DNA of 64,000 nucleotides from Candidatus Micrarchaeia archaeon (GTDB lineage Archaea; Micrarchaeota; Micrarchaeia; Burarchaeales; JACRGF01): NCBI GenBank assembly GCA_038890815.1, contig JAWAFC010000001.1, positions 68,456 to 132,455 of the forward strand, read 5' to 3'. Shown piece by piece: positions 62,807 to 64,000 of this stretch (position 1 is its first letter; each line of letters starts with the position of its first letter). The notes under the pieces were generated by a model. It saw only the letters and a program-made list of their open reading frames with translations, ran no database searches and was not told where the DNA came from. The position numbers and the translations under genes were made by a program.

Positions 62807-64000
62807 GCTGTTTGCTCGCGGATGAGCTATTTAAACCAGCACCTTCCTGCCCACCGGCCTCGCCGGCAAAGCCCTTGAGGCGCGACAGGATGAGAGCGAG
62901 CTCTTGCTGCTCAAGCTCGTGGGCCGAGACGACGCGCGAAGGCTCGGCGAGTTTCTTCCTCCAGACCTCGGCCGCTGAATCGTCGGCAAGGACCACATAG
63001 TCCCGGGCCCAAGCGAGCTTCCTGAGGCGCGCGAGAAGCTCGTCGCCAGAGGGGGGGTGCAAGCTCACCTCAACGGCATAGCGGCCATCATCGGAGCCTG
63101 AAGGGGGCAGAAAGGAAATGTCAAAAGCGCCGCCGTTGGAAACGACATCGCGCGCGTGGTCTGAAAGCAACACGGTGAGCAGCCAGCAGGCGAGATCTTT
63201 CTCGGGCTCGTGGGAGCGGGGAACAATAAAGAATTCCATGGGCCGCTCACCCACCGCCTTCTTTAGCAACGCGCGGGTGAGGTTGCTGGCCAACTGCACG
63301 CGCACAAAGCCCTGCGTTGTAAGCTGGCGAGCCTCTTCCTCGTCAAAGTGCTCGGAGTACTTCACGCTGGCGAGAAAGCGAAGGGTATCTGTGTCGGTGA
63401 TGCCGCCCTCACTATCTTCCTTTTCGCCCCCGGCCCGTTCGGCGTGGGCCTGATAGAGAGCTTTTTCCTTCTGCAGCCTCTCCACCAAGTCTGCCAGCCT
63501 TTTCTTTTCCTCATCCTGTTGTCTGACAACTTCCCAGCTCAGATTGATGAGGCGGGTAAGTTCGGCCTCCCGCGCGCGCAATGCGGCCAGCTTGGCATTC
63601 TCGCTGGAGATGAGCGCTTCAACCTCTCTCAGTTTTCTCTCGAGCCTTACCTTTTTCCCTTCTAGATCAAAGACGCGTTCGCTCGCCTGCTCAAGTTTTT
63701 TCTGAAGCCTATCGTGCTGGGAGGAAAGCGACTTCACCTCGCTCTGCAGCGCCTGAAGCTCGCGCGAGCGCCTTCTGAAGGTCTCTTTCAGCGAGGCCAC
63801 GAGCTCTGCGAGCTCCGCCTTCCTCCTCCTCAGCTTTGCTGCCTCTTCCTCGGCGAGCTGTATGGAAAGGCGGAGGTCGCTGCTAGTGCGCTCAAGCTGC
63901 TCCAGCTCTGCCGAGAGCGTGCGGAGGTGCTGCCTCAGCGCGGCAAGCGCGGCACCGCCCTCGCCCGCCCTCCTCTCAAGTTTGAAGAGCGCGCGGAGGC
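62784..64000 (-). CDS. Coiled-coil protein, partial: the N-terminus lies beyond the window end
   Basis: The reading frame stays open to position 64000, with a long heptad-rich sequence (LQSEVKSLSSQHDRLQKKLEQ...) and a C-terminal globular part. Confidence 0.6.
   Translation of the reverse strand, partial: LRALFKLERRAGEGGAALAALRQHLRTLSAELEQLERTSSDLRLSIQLAEEEAAKLRRRKAELAELVASLKETFRRRSRELQALQSEVKSLSSQHDRLQKKLEQASERVFDLEGKKVRLERKLREVEALISSENAKLAALRAREAELTRLINLSWEVVRQQDEEKKRLADLVERLQKEKALYQAHAERAGGEKEDSEGGITDTDTLRFLASVKYSEHFDEEEARQLTTQGFVRVQLASNLTRALLKKAVGERPMEFFIVPRSHEPEKDLACWLLTVLLSDHARDVVSNGGAFDISFLPPSGSDDGRYAVEVSLHPPSGDELLARLRKLAWARDYVVLADDSAAEVWRKKLAEPSRVVSAHELEQQELALILSRLKGFAGEAGGQEGAGLNSSSASKQHAQARRA

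Noticed and set aside
1-64000. CRISPR arrays, IS elements or transposases, integrases, rRNA genes
   Set aside because: No regularly spaced direct repeats, no terminal inverted repeats flanking transposase-like ORFs and no rRNA-like conserved stretches were seen on either strand. The only tandem repeat is the 174-bp duplication at 2072-2419.

Overview
This window is an archaeal chromosomal segment with roughly 60% GC. It shows Euryarchaeota-style gene organisation, including an ftsZ-secE-spt5-L11-L1-P0-P1 cluster, lipobox signal peptides and frequent GTG/TTG starts. About 65 protein genes are densely packed on both strands, and there are no rRNA genes, CRISPR arrays or obvious IS elements. The standout feature is a tightly coupled seven-gene operon at about 5.2-13.9 kb. 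It consists of six tandem paralogs of an unrecognised polytopic membrane protein family followed directly by a FlaI/TadA/VirB11-type secretion ATPase. The paralogs share a WAKNE(L/F)(Y/F)Q motif, an LPxG..LR.F.FTR..GG motif and a conserved C-terminal tail. Three of them carry lipoprotein signal peptides, and their extracellular inserts are variable and Cys-rich or N-glycosylation-sequon-rich. This is a candidate novel envelope, secretion or appendage system. Recognisable housekeeping genes are as follows.
- Translation: aIF2-gamma (partial), S6e, LeuRS, ProRS with ProC.
- Ribosome-associated cluster: SecE, Spt5, L11, L1, P0 and P1.
- Cell division: three FtsZ homologs, two of them tandem.
- Amino acid and cofactor biosynthesis: ilvB-ilvN-(PPC)-ilvC, NMNAT, FKBP.
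- Carbon and energy metabolism: type III RuBisCO, R15P isomerase and AMP phosphorylase, PEP synthase.
- DNA repair: PolX and an ATP-dependent DNA ligase.
- Other: Dph2 and a radical SAM enzyme.
Other notable items:
- A 174-bp tandem duplication at the leuS 3' end.
- A putative tRNA-Gln with a D-loop intron.
- Gene-conversion tracts between the tandem ftsZ copies.
- An HD-GYP protein.
- A kinase-dCMP deaminase fusion.
- A PQQ beta-propeller gene inserted into the ribosomal cluster.
- A low-GC two-gene island near the 3' end.
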